Below, piece by piece: positions 26,626 through 35,542 of a stretch of DNA of 64,000 bases. Under the pieces are notes generated by a model that was given only the letters and a program-made list of their open reading frames with translations, searched no databases and was not told where the DNA came from. The stretch is from positions 16,907-80,906 of the forward strand of contig JANPLC010000168.1 in assembly GCA_031426335.1 (NCBI GenBank). Direction: 5' to 3'. Source of the stretch: Planctomycetota bacterium. GTDB taxonomy: Bacteria; Planctomycetota; UBA11346. Every line of letters begins with the position of its first letter. The stretch's first letter is position 1. The position numbers and the translations under genes were made by a program.

Positions 26626-27588
26626 GTGACCTGGAAGTCCAACGATCCTGCGACGCTGAAGGTGCGCCTCTCGACGATCGCCGAGATTGGCCTGTTGTAT
26701 GCCAACCTCGCGGCGGCGCAGTCCGCGAGCTGGACGTTCGTGTGGTACAAGGACGGCGCGCTGCTGTCGCCGCAGCCGTCGCCCACGTTGGTGCCATCAC
26801 CGAACGGCGTTCTCGGCGACCACGAGCTGACGCACAACCTGGTTGCCGGCGTCATCCGCCTTGAGGTCTGGCATCCGACCCACCGCAAGATCCCCGACAG
26901 CTACACGCTGATCGTCGGTACCGCTGACGACAGCAGCCTCGCTGCCACGTTGTCGGGCGCGGTCGGCACGTTGGTCAGCTCCGATCGGGCGGCGCAATAC
27001 GATTGGGACATCGTCGAGTTGGACAGCTGGGTCCGTACGATGACCTTCCCCAGTGCGGCGCTGGCGGACTTCGGCATCACCGATCTGTCCGACGTCAGCG
27101 GCTACGCCTGGGGCGTCCAGGCCTACGGCCGCAAACCGACCAATGCGCCGCCGACTGCCAAGGACTTTGAGATCCCGGCGACCATCACCGACAAGGTGAA
27201 CCGCCAGGTGAAGCTGATGATCCCCGCCGGCCTGGTCGGCGCGACCATCACCTACGCCAACGGCAACACCCAACCGTTCGAGTACGACGTCCAGGTGACG
27301 CTGTTGCTGCCCAAGGCGATCACCGCAGTCAACACCGGCACCAAGCAGTTCACCGTCGCCGGTGATCAGCGGCTCTACTACACCGCCACGAAGACCTTCA
27401 CCGTCGACACCGGCGCCAACGCCAGCACCTACACGCCGACCACCGTGGTCTACAACGGCACCAATACCGTGATCACCGTAAGCGAAGCCGTGCCCAGCGC
27501 GGTCGTCGCCGGCAACTGCATGGGCTACCTGCGCATCACTGGCATCAAGGGCGTGCTGACCTGCACGCAGCAAGAGACCGACGCATGA
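26626..27588 (+). CDS. Hypothetical virion protein (beta-rich, Thr/Val-rich C-terminal half)
   Basis: Track ORF 26563..27588; its 5' end overlaps the terminator, so the in-frame GTG at 26626 is preferred. Confidence 0.45.
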   Translation: MTWKSNDPATLKVRLSTIAEIGLLYANLAAAQSASWTFVWYKDGALLSPQPSPTLVPSPNGVLGDHELTHNLVAGVIRLEVWHPTHRKIPDSYTLIVGTADDSSLAATLSGAVGTLVSSDRAAQYDWDIVELDSWVRTMTFPSAALADFGITDLSDVSGYAWGVQAYGRKPTNAPPTAKDFEIPATITDKVNRQVKLMIPAGLVGATITYANGNTQPFEYDVQVTLLLPKAITAVNTGTKQFTVAGDQRLYYTATKTFTVDTGANASTYTPTTVVYNGTNTVITVSEAVPSAVVAGNCMGYLRITGIKGVLTCTQQETDA

Positions 27589-27800
27589 GCGGCAGCATCG
27601 AATACCAACCAGCTCCGCTTACCGGCGCCCCACTACTGGCTCGCCTGGCCAGCCTGAGCCGAGAGGACGCCCACGCCGTTCTGCAGGAGATCGCCGCGCA
27701 ATCACGCACGCCCGGCCTGCAACTCCTGGTCGCCACGAATCTCGGCCAAGCCCAGGCCGCCATCGGCTACCGCCGTCCCATCAATCCCTTCGGTTACTAG
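27585..27800 (+). CDS. Hypothetical protein
   Basis: ATGA overlap. Confidence 0.45.
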   Translation: MSGSIEYQPAPLTGAPLLARLASLSREDAHAVLQEIAAQSRTPGLQLLVATNLGQAQAAIGYRRPINPFGY

Positions 27801-27809
27801 GAACACCAT

Positions 27810-28232
27810 ATGGCCAGCAACACGATCCCCATCTCGCCAGCCTCGGTCAAAGCGGTCAAGGCTGTCCTCTCCACCGCCTGCACCGATAAGACCGGCGCCA
27901 CGCCCGCGAACCTCGTCGCCGGCTATACCGCGCAGACGGCGGCCAACGGCGGCCAGGGCGCGCAGGTCGCCGACTTCACCGCCACCGTGCCGTCCGCGAC
28001 CTCCACCACCACGGTCGGCTTCGTGCTCCTGGTGTTCTATCGCAGCGCTGCCGGCGTTTACGAACTGCTTCGTGAAATCGCGGTCGCCGCCGGTGCTGGT
28101 TCGACCACGGTTGCCGGCGCCACCACTGGCGCCGTCACTCTCAACAAGAACCTCGAACCCGGCGACTCCATCTGGTTCGGCACCACCGTCACCCTGCCCG
28201 TCCACGTCACCGGCAACGCTGGCGAGTTCTAA
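27810..28232 (+). CDS. Hypothetical virion protein
   Basis: 140-aa ORF in the fibre module. Confidence 0.45.
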   Translation: MASNTIPISPASVKAVKAVLSTACTDKTGATPANLVAGYTAQTAANGGQGAQVADFTATVPSATSTTTVGFVLLVFYRSAAGVYELLREIAVAAGAGSTTVAGATTGAVTLNKNLEPGDSIWFGTTVTLPVHVTGNAGEF

Positions 28233-28235
28233 GCC

Positions 28236-29303
28236 ATGGCGCACGGGTTCGGTCACGCGCTGTTTATTCCTCAGCAGGTCAAGCCCGCTGAGGGATCGCT
28301 GTACGTTTTCCAGAACGGCGCCTGGCAACCCGTCGACGGCAGCCAGACCTATGTGACGCTCGCGACGGCGCAGACGATCAGCGGGGCGAAGACTTTCAGC
28401 GCGGCCGGGATATTCTCCAGCACGCTCCAGGTTGACGGAACGCTCAACGTCACCAATGGCACCGAAGTCCTCGGCACCTCTGGCGGCGCAGGTTCCACGT
28501 TGTTCATGCGCGGCGCCGCGGGCAACTCGCGGACCCTCGCTTTCCAAACAGGGACAAATTATCGCTGGGCATTTTCGTGCAATTCGACGGCCGAATTGGG
28601 AAGCGACGCCGGCTCAGCCTTTGAGCTGAACGCCTTTACCGATGCCGGTGGATACATTGACACCCCAATCTTGGTGGCGCGCGTTGCAGGCGGATCGGTA
28701 ACGCTTGCCAGACCAACGAAGATTACCAACGCCACCGCCTCCACCTCCACCACCACCGGCAGCTTGGTCAATGCGGGTGGGTTTGGGAATGCTGGGGCAA
28801 TGTTCGTGGGCGGCGATGCTACCTTTCAGAATCCGGTTTACTTTGGGAAGACCGGATCCGGCACAGGCGGCACCTTCCGACTGCTAAATGATGGCGGCAC
28901 GAATCAGTGGTATGTCGGCATTCCAGGGGGGGCCGGTGATAAAGATTATATCATGTACGATTACACCAGCACCATTGAGCGGCTGCGTGTAACTCAGAGC
29001 ACTGGACAGTTTACCTGGACCGGGCCAGGGCGATTTACTGGCCTTACCACGGTTACCGACACCACCGACTCCACCAGCATCGCAACCGGATCTCTGGTAG
29101 TGAGTGGCGGAATAGGCGTGGCCAAGCGGCTAACGCTTGACGGCGCTACCGGCAAGACACTGCGCATCGTCAATGGCGTGGCCAACGCAGCGGTTGCAAC
29201 CACCCTCGGCAGCGTCGGCCCAACCGGATCGACCGCTGGAAATCCGCAGGGCTGGATGCGCGTCGATATCAACGGCACTGACCGCTACATCCCCTACTGG
29301 TGA
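28236..29303 (+). CDS. Fibre-like structural protein
   Basis: Repeated S-T-x-TGSLV-x-GG-x-G motifs and a C-terminal GWMRVDINGTDRYIPYW, both common in phage fibre proteins. Confidence 0.55.
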   Translation: MAHGFGHALFIPQQVKPAEGSLYVFQNGAWQPVDGSQTYVTLATAQTISGAKTFSAAGIFSSTLQVDGTLNVTNGTEVLGTSGGAGSTLFMRGAAGNSRTLAFQTGTNYRWAFSCNSTAELGSDAGSAFELNAFTDAGGYIDTPILVARVAGGSVTLARPTKITNATASTSTTTGSLVNAGGFGNAGAMFVGGDATFQNPVYFGKTGSGTGGTFRLLNDGGTNQWYVGIPGGAGDKDYIMYDYTSTIERLRVTQSTGQFTWTGPGRFTGLTTVTDTTDSTSIATGSLVVSGGIGVAKRLTLDGATGKTLRIVNGVANAAVATTLGSVGPTGSTAGNPQGWMRVDINGTDRYIPYW

Positions 29304-29310
29304 ACCAACC

Positions 29311-29595
29311 ATGCCCAAAGCCACCGGATCACCCATCACTATCAGCAACGGCCAGCCACAGCGCGAAGTCGAACGCTTCCAAGCGTTCGTCACCTACGCC
29401 AACGACGGCACGCCGCAGTTTTCATTCCAGGCCTACAGCGTGATCCGTCTGCGCGCAGCAGATGGATCGCTGATCCATCAAGAGCCCGGCCTCTCGCAAC
29501 TCGTCAGCCTGAGCGATGCGCAGATCCCCGCGCCAGTGCGCACTGCCTTCACCGCCATCTTGAACCGACTCGACACCCTGCCGGACCCCACATGA
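29311..29595 (+). CDS. Hypothetical protein
   Basis: ATG at 29311 in frame with track ORF 29137..29595. Confidence 0.45.
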   Translation: MPKATGSPITISNGQPQREVERFQAFVTYANDGTPQFSFQAYSVIRLRAADGSLIHQEPGLSQLVSLSDAQIPAPVRTAFTAILNRLDTLPDPT

Positions 29596-29762
29596 CCCCC
29601 GCACAAGCCATCGACCACCTCGCCGAGCTGGCGCAATTCTACATCAACGCCCAGCCGCCGTCCGTGCGTGGCGCGATCGGCAACGTGGCGCAGCAGGCGA
29701 TCAACGTGCTGACCGAAGCGACCACGCCGAAGCCGCCCACCGAAGATCCGCCAAAGGACTGA
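29592..29762 (+). CDS. Small hypothetical protein (56 aa, below the track cutoff)
   Basis: ATGA overlap at 29592; stop at 29760-29762. Confidence 0.4.
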   Translation: MTPAQAIDHLAELAQFYINAQPPSVRGAIGNVAQQAINVLTEATTPKPPTEDPPKD

Positions 29763-29765
29763 CCC

Positions 29766-30062
29766 GTGACCACGCCCACGCACCCCATGCCCACCATCCG
29801 CGAAGGCAGCACCCTCGGACTACGGTTCACCGTCGGCACCTGGTGCGCGATCGTCGGCACCGTCGGCACCGGCATTGTGGTAGTGATCGGCTTCGCCGTC
29901 TGGTTGCACACCGTCTACCAGAACCAGGAACGCATGCAGAAGGAACAGGAACGACAGGCCGAAGTGCTCAACCGCATCGAGCGCTCTGTCTCGGAGATCG
30001 AGTTCCGCCAGAAATACGGCATCACCACCAGCCTGCCGTCGTCGCCAAAGGCCACGCCATGA
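29766..30062 (+). CDS. Single-TM membrane protein (holin candidate)
   Basis: One TM helix (WCAIVGTVGTGIVVVIGFAVWL) followed by a charged coiled C-terminus. Confidence 0.45.
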   Translation: MTTPTHPMPTIREGSTLGLRFTVGTWCAIVGTVGTGIVVVIGFAVWLHTVYQNQERMQKEQERQAEVLNRIERSVSEIEFRQKYGITTSLPSSPKATP

Positions 30063-30757
30063 GGCCTACTTGGTTCCTGTTCCTGCTGATGATCCTGTTA
30101 CCGTGCGGCTGCCAGCAGCGCGAGACCAATCTGTCGCTGCAGCAGAGCGACCAAGCGGCAGAGGGGGCGCAGAAGATCCTCGCCCATCGCGTCTCGCCAC
30201 TGGTCGACGGTCTGCCGCCAGAGATCCACGCCGCCATCACCGCGGCGCTCGATGACGTCAACGTGCTGATCACCAGCTCGCGCCAGTCGCTGCGTCCAGC
30301 ATTGGCGCTGACCGCCGGCAACGAAGCTCCACCAGAGACCCGCACCACCAGCACCATGGCCGCCGAACATCCGCAGGAGTTCGCCCGCCAGGCCGCCGTG
30401 CAGAGCGGCCGCGCCCACGTCGAAGTCGAGTCCTACCTGCGTTGGGCCGGCATCGGCGAGATCGCCCTGCAGTGGGGCCAAGCAGCCGCTGGCAGTCTTG
30501 TGTCACAGCTCCTGCTGGGTGGCGGCGGCGCCGGGCTCCTCGCCGGCCTTGCTGGTCTGTGGAAGACCGCACGCACTGCTGGTGCTCAGGTTCAGACCCT
30601 GAAACGCGCTGTCGTCGACGCGGTGGCGCACGGCGAAGAAATGGAACAGGCCGAAACCGAAGACGATGTGCGGGCCGTGAAGGACCGCTCGGCGAAACGC
30701 CAGATCGTCAGCGGCACGCGCGCGGTGATCTCGCAAGCGTTGGCGGGGAAGGCCTGA
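30059..30757 (+). CDS. Lipoprotein with an internal TM segment (spanin-like candidate)
   Basis: ATGA overlap; signal plus lipobox-like LLMILLPCGC; Gly-rich TM LLLGGGGAGLLAGLAGLW. Confidence 0.45.
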   Translation: MRPTWFLFLLMILLPCGCQQRETNLSLQQSDQAAEGAQKILAHRVSPLVDGLPPEIHAAITAALDDVNVLITSSRQSLRPALALTAGNEAPPETRTTSTMAAEHPQEFARQAAVQSGRAHVEVESYLRWAGIGEIALQWGQAAAGSLVSQLLLGGGGAGLLAGLAGLWKTARTAGAQVQTLKRAVVDAVAHGEEMEQAETEDDVRAVKDRSAKRQIVSGTRAVISQALAGKA

Positions 30758-30758
30758 C

Positions 30759-31166
30759 ATGCCCTCGGTCCAGGACCTGATCGCCAACGTGCTGCGCACG
30801 CAGATCCCGACGCTGATGGCGTCGACGGGGCTGCAGTACAAGTTGATCACCAGCGGGCCCGGCGTTGAACCGCGCGCCTGGTCGGCGTCCTGGACGGCGC
30901 TGGTCGGCCAGTTCCAGAAGAAGCTCGTCAGCCAGACGATGAGCGACAACAGCGGCTCGTGGATCATTCGCCGACGCGCGCACCTGACCGTGTCGGATGC
31001 CGCCGTGGCGCTGCCCGAAGGCAGCCTGGTGGGCATCAGCGGCGAGGATCCCTTCTCCATCAGCGCGATCGAAGACCCGCACCAGGTGCGCCCCGGCCTG
31101 ATCACCTACATGTGCATCCGCGACGAACCACTACTGACCGACAACGGCCGCAGTGGCGGTGTCTGA
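30759..31166 (+). CDS. Head-tail adaptor-like protein (tentative)
   Basis: 135 aa; position upstream of the tail genes. Confidence 0.35.
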   Translation: MPSVQDLIANVLRTQIPTLMASTGLQYKLITSGPGVEPRAWSASWTALVGQFQKKLVSQTMSDNSGSWIIRRRAHLTVSDAAVALPEGSLVGISGEDPFSISAIEDPHQVRPGLITYMCIRDEPLLTDNGRSGGV

Positions 31167-31663
31167 TGTGGGATGCCAGCGCACCGCCGTTCGTCGATCA
31201 ACTGCGCACCGAGCTGGTTGCCTGCGCGATCTGGATCAGCGAGGTCAACAACGCCGGTCAGGAATCGGCGCACGTCCACTACCCGCGCGTCAACCTCAGC
31301 GGCACGCAGGGCACTGCCGACCCGCTGCCGGTCGCCTTGATCAGCCAGACCGGCTTCGGCTTCAGCAACTACGCCGAAGGCGCCGGCGGCGTGCCCACGG
31401 GCATCACGCTGCAGCTCGATATCTACCTGCCAGCGACCACCAACGGCGGCACGCCGCGCACGGCCGCCTACCTCGAATCGTGGGCCCAGACGCTGCTCAA
31501 CCAGCTGTTCTCCCGCCAACCGCGCATCATCCCCTACAACGGACCGGCGACCTTCGAAGAAGCCTCCGATCCGACCCCAGGCGAATGGGCCGCCGACAAA
31601 GCCGCGAAGCCCGCCGCATTTCACCACCTCCGCATCCGCATTCCGTGCGGCTACAACGTCTAA
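31166..31663 (+). CDS. Hypothetical tail-module protein
   Basis: ATG at 31166 overlaps the upstream TGA by 1 nt; in frame with track ORF 30959..31663. Confidence 0.45.
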   Translation: MWDASAPPFVDQLRTELVACAIWISEVNNAGQESAHVHYPRVNLSGTQGTADPLPVALISQTGFGFSNYAEGAGGVPTGITLQLDIYLPATTNGGTPRTAAYLESWAQTLLNQLFSRQPRIIPYNGPATFEEASDPTPGEWAADKAAKPAAFHHLRIRIPCGYNV

Positions 31664-31672
31664 GGAATTGTC

Positions 31673-32569
31673 ATGCCCCTCGCCATCGCCGGTATGTCGC
31701 CACTGCTCCTCGATACCACCAAGCTGGCCATCCAAGATCTGGAGTTCACGCCTGACATCGTCAGCAATCCGTTCCGCCACAGCGGCAACGAATTTCCCAG
31801 CGTCGGCGTCCTGCCCGGCGGGCGGCCGGCGATGCGCTTCAAGACGCCGTTCGTCGCGGCCTTCAACTACATCAGCTTGAAGGCCAAGCTGGCGACCGCG
31901 GCGGAGATCTACTTCGCCACCTTCGCCAACGGCCTGCGCCAGAGCGGTGCCAACCACGCGAAGCTGTCGCTCAACACCAGTGCGAAGGCCTTCAACTGGA
32001 TCAGCGGCGCCAGCGTGCGGCAGAACGGACTGCTGATGGCAGACGTGACCACCATGTTCCTCAGCAGCGACGGTGTCGCCAATCCCTTGGTGTACTCCGC
32101 ATCGGGCAACACCCTGCCGGTACTGTCGGCTGAACCGCAGCTCAACACGCTCGGTCCGATCGGCCGCAACGGCACGCGCAAGGACGGCGCCGCCAACCTC
32201 GGCTTCGCCAACAACTGCATCATCGTCTCGCCGGTGAATGACGGCGACAAGTTCCCGAAGACGGCGACCCTGTTCGGCGCTGAACCCAAGTTCATGGTCG
32301 AACACCAGGACCCGATGCTGATGCTGACCGACCTCGGCCTGGAAGGTGAAGCGATCACCAGCATGGCGCTGTTCTTTGCCGGCATCGATCCCAACAACGG
32401 CAGACGTCAGACCACTGGCGTCAGCCTGACCGCCACGCTCGGTCATCGTTATCCCGGATCGTTCAAATGGGCGCTCAACGATCCGGCCAGCGTCGGCATC
32501 GTTGCCGACCTGCTGTCGATCGACGGCACGCACCCGATCGCCGTCAACACCGCCGCCACCCTGCCCTGA
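31673..32569 (+). CDS. Major tail protein (tentative)
   Basis: 298 aa; position after the adaptor-like genes. Confidence 0.35.
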   Translation: MPLAIAGMSPLLLDTTKLAIQDLEFTPDIVSNPFRHSGNEFPSVGVLPGGRPAMRFKTPFVAAFNYISLKAKLATAAEIYFATFANGLRQSGANHAKLSLNTSAKAFNWISGASVRQNGLLMADVTTMFLSSDGVANPLVYSASGNTLPVLSAEPQLNTLGPIGRNGTRKDGAANLGFANNCIIVSPVNDGDKFPKTATLFGAEPKFMVEHQDPMLMLTDLGLEGEAITSMALFFAGIDPNNGRRQTTGVSLTATLGHRYPGSFKWALNDPASVGIVADLLSIDGTHPIAVNTAATLP

Positions 32570-32583
32570 TCCCAGGACCAGTC

Positions 32584-33231
32584 ATGCCCCTCGTCTACCG
32601 CGATCTCCGCTGCCCGCGCCCGGACGCCCGTCGTCCGGCGTGGATCCCGCTCAGTGCCAGCCTCGAACGCTGCGAACACGACCAGGGCGACTTCGTCGGC
32701 CAGTGGGACCCCATGATCTTTCGCCCCAGCGACCTGCCGAAGGACGTGGTGTGGCATGACGTCGGCGACGACTGGCGCCTAGCGGTCAGTGGCGACCTTG
32801 ATCCACGCCACCACCTGCGCACCGATCCTGGTCGCCCGCTGCTGATCCCCGTCGCCGATCGCCTCAACCGCTGTTGGCACGCGCCGGCCGTGCTGACCGC
32901 CACCGGCTCCTGCGCGCTGTCGCTCAGCCTGGGCAAGGACGCCGCCGGCAACTGGGCCCGCCAACCGACGCCGGAACAGGCGCGCCTGCTCGCCGCCGCG
33001 CATTTCATCCGCGGCGAGATCGAAGCCAAAGTCATCGTGGACGGCGAGGAGATCTCCCGCTTCAGCCAGCTGCCGATCGGCATCGCGGCCGACAATGCGG
33101 CGATCTTCCTTGAAGCGGTCTACTGCTTCAACCTGCCGGTGCTCAGCGTCCTCGGTGTGCTCGACGATACGCTGATGCAGCAGCTCCTGCTCAGCGCCGT
33201 CGGCTTCCCGCTGCAGGCGCGCCAGGGCTGA
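32584..33231 (+). CDS. Hypothetical tail-module protein
   Basis: ATG at 32584 in frame with track ORF 32467..33231. Confidence 0.45.
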   Translation: MPLVYRDLRCPRPDARRPAWIPLSASLERCEHDQGDFVGQWDPMIFRPSDLPKDVVWHDVGDDWRLAVSGDLDPRHHLRTDPGRPLLIPVADRLNRCWHAPAVLTATGSCALSLSLGKDAAGNWARQPTPEQARLLAAAHFIRGEIEAKVIVDGEEISRFSQLPIGIAADNAAIFLEAVYCFNLPVLSVLGVLDDTLMQQLLLSAVGFPLQARQG

Positions 33232-33232
33232 C

Positions 33233-33847
33233 ATGGCACAGGCTACCACCGTCATCGCCGACACCGGACCAGGCCCGATCCGCGCCGTGCTCGAAGCGCA
33301 CGGCGCTGCGGTGAAGTTGTTCGCCCAGCGTGAACAGAACAACATCCTGCGTGAGGTCATGCGCCAGGTCGGCGAGTTCTACATCGCGGTGTTCCTGCCG
33401 CAGAAGTTCGACCGCTCGAAAAAGGCCGTGCCGCCCGGCTACGGTGCCAGCAAGCAATGGGAACAGACCAAGGTGAACCTCGCGAAGCGAGGCGTCATCG
33501 ATGGCCCGCAGCCGACGCCGATGGTCTACATCGGCATCATGCGCCACAACGTCCTGACCAAGGCCAAGGCCGAAGCGCGCGCCACCAAGACCCGCGCCTA
33601 CGTCATCATCCGCATGCCCATCGGTCACGCTATCCGGCCGAAGCTCAAGCAGGTCCTGCGCTGGGTTCCCGACTACGAGATCAAGCGCATCGCCCAGGTC
33701 GCTGAGCAGCAGCTCGTGCACCTGCTGACCAACGACATCGCGCGCGCGTCCATCCCACGAGCGACACCGCCGGCACCACGGGCCAAGCCGCAGGGTGCAG
33801 CACGTCAACGCGTCAACACCGGACGCACCCGGCAGAAGGTAGCATAA
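33233..33847 (+). CDS. Hypothetical tail-module protein (basic C-terminus)
   Basis: 204-aa ORF starting 2 nt after the previous stop. Confidence 0.45.
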   Translation: MAQATTVIADTGPGPIRAVLEAHGAAVKLFAQREQNNILREVMRQVGEFYIAVFLPQKFDRSKKAVPPGYGASKQWEQTKVNLAKRGVIDGPQPTPMVYIGIMRHNVLTKAKAEARATKTRAYVIIRMPIGHAIRPKLKQVLRWVPDYEIKRIAQVAEQQLVHLLTNDIARASIPRATPPAPRAKPQGAARQRVNTGRTRQKVA

Positions 33848-33848
33848 A

Positions 33849-35078
33849 ATGGGCGAAGACGGCGGCGTAACCCTCAAACTCGACGCGGACACCGCGCGCT
33901 ACATCGCCGGCATCGCAAAGGCGGCCGAGGCGAACAAGCAATTGATCGACCAGAAGAAGAAGCTCGGCGTGAACATGAAGGAGCTGACCGACCAGGCCGG
34001 CGAATTCGCCCGGCACGTGGTCGGCTGGTCGGGACCACTGACCGCCGCCGCGGCTGGGATCTATGTCCTCGACAAAGCGACCGAGCAGTGGTCGAAGAAG
34101 CTGCAGAGTGCCAAGGACGCGATGAATGAAATCGCCGACCTGTCGGGCAGCATCATCGCCGGCGGCCGCGGCCACCAGGTGGACGCCATCCGCTCAGCGA
34201 TCGACGCGGGTGCTCCGGGATTGAATGGCGGGCAGAAGAACGCGTTCTTCAAGGGCTACAACGCCGCCAATCCCACGGCCTCGATGGACGACATCCGTTC
34301 CGCCGCCGGCGCCGCGAACACCGTCGGCCTGCTCGGCCGCGATGTCGGTTCGTTCGCCGGACTCCAGGGCAGCTTGCAGCGCAGTGGCGTCGCCAACAGC
34401 GGCGACCTGGCCAACTACCTGCAGACCTACGCCGGCGATGGTGCCGACAAGGCGGCGTCGCTCATCGCCAAGAATCCCGGCCAGGCGACGCAGATCGCCC
34501 AGCTGTTCGCAACCGCCCAGCGCGGTGGCAAGGGCACCAGCGGCCTGCTGGACCGCGCCTCGGCCGACTTCGCCGCGCGCGGCGGTACCGGCAACTTCAG
34601 CGACAGCCTCAACGGCCGCGTCGCCGGCGCCGGCGGCGCTGATGACCTGGCCTACTTGCTGAACCCAGCCAACGCGGCACCAGCATTCAAAACCGGCGGC
34701 CTCGATGCGGCGATGCAGCAGGCGATGGCTGATCCGGATCTCGCCACGCGTATCAAAGCGAAGATCATCAGGGAGCAGGGCCAGGATGCGGCCTATGCCG
34801 GTGCTGGTTCCCGCGCGCGGGCTTCAGATCTCGGTTCCGCGTTCGCCGAAAAGCAAGGCAGCGGCGAGTCCACGGTCGGCCACCTCGTTCGCAACTTCGG
34901 GTGGCTCGTGCCGAGTCCGGTGAGCGCCCTTTCGCCCGTAACGAATACCAATGCCTGGATGAAGAACGTCGCCAGCGAGGAAAGCCTGAACGAACGCTAC
35001 CTCAAGGAGATTGCTGACCAGACCAAGGCGCCCGTCGTCGCCCCACGACTGCGCCGCCAGGGTGAGGAATCCCGATGA
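33849..35078 (+). CDS. Gly/Ala-rich tape-measure or internal virion protein (tentative)
   Basis: 409 aa, low-complexity A/G-rich, helical N-terminus, position in the tail module. Confidence 0.35.
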   Translation: MGEDGGVTLKLDADTARYIAGIAKAAEANKQLIDQKKKLGVNMKELTDQAGEFARHVVGWSGPLTAAAAGIYVLDKATEQWSKKLQSAKDAMNEIADLSGSIIAGGRGHQVDAIRSAIDAGAPGLNGGQKNAFFKGYNAANPTASMDDIRSAAGAANTVGLLGRDVGSFAGLQGSLQRSGVANSGDLANYLQTYAGDGADKAASLIAKNPGQATQIAQLFATAQRGGKGTSGLLDRASADFAARGGTGNFSDSLNGRVAGAGGADDLAYLLNPANAAPAFKTGGLDAAMQQAMADPDLATRIKAKIIREQGQDAAYAGAGSRARASDLGSAFAEKQGSGESTVGHLVRNFGWLVPSPVSALSPVTNTNAWMKNVASEESLNERYLKEIADQTKAPVVAPRLRRQGEESR

Positions 35079-35542
35079 GCAGCGCGCAATTCATGGCACG
35101 TCTGGCGATCACCGGCCTGCCGACGTTCTATTTCGTCTCGGCCTTGACGCCTGACGGTGGCATCCCCAATCAATTCGTGTCGGAGGAAGAAGTACTCCGC
35201 GACCGCGGAGTCGACTTCGATCGCTGGCGCTCGACCGGCCGGCATTACGAACCGTTCCCGATGGCGACCATTGAAGACGAGACCAGCTTCGCCAACGCCC
35301 TGAGCAAGAAGGACGCCTACATCCGGGCTGCGAACAAACGCGGCACGCTGCTCTACATCGCCGGCGGCGTGACCAAGACCTTCCGTCAGGTGAAGGTGAT
35401 CGGTCGTCCGGTGCCACACCCACAGAACCCACGGCAGCAGATCTGTGGCGCCGGCGGGCTCTATGGCTTCGGCGCCTCAACGCCCAGCCTCGCCGTGCTG
35501 ATGGCGATGTGGACCATCCAGCTCACGGAGCCAGCCTCGTGA
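35075..35542 (+). CDS. Hypothetical tail protein
   Basis: ATGA overlap. Confidence 0.45.
   Translation: MSSAQFMARLAITGLPTFYFVSALTPDGGIPNQFVSEEEVLRDRGVDFDRWRSTGRHYEPFPMATIEDETSFANALSKKDAYIRAANKRGTLLYIAGGVTKTFRQVKVIGRPVPHPQNPRQQICGAGGLYGFGASTPSLAVLMAMWTIQLTEPAS

Noticed and set aside
32584-33847. A programmed -1 frameshift (G/GT-type tail chaperone pair) between 32584..33231 and 33233..33847.
   Set aside because: The ORFs do not overlap. The second is in the +1 frame rather than the -1 frame relative to the first. No slippery heptamer is visible before the stop.
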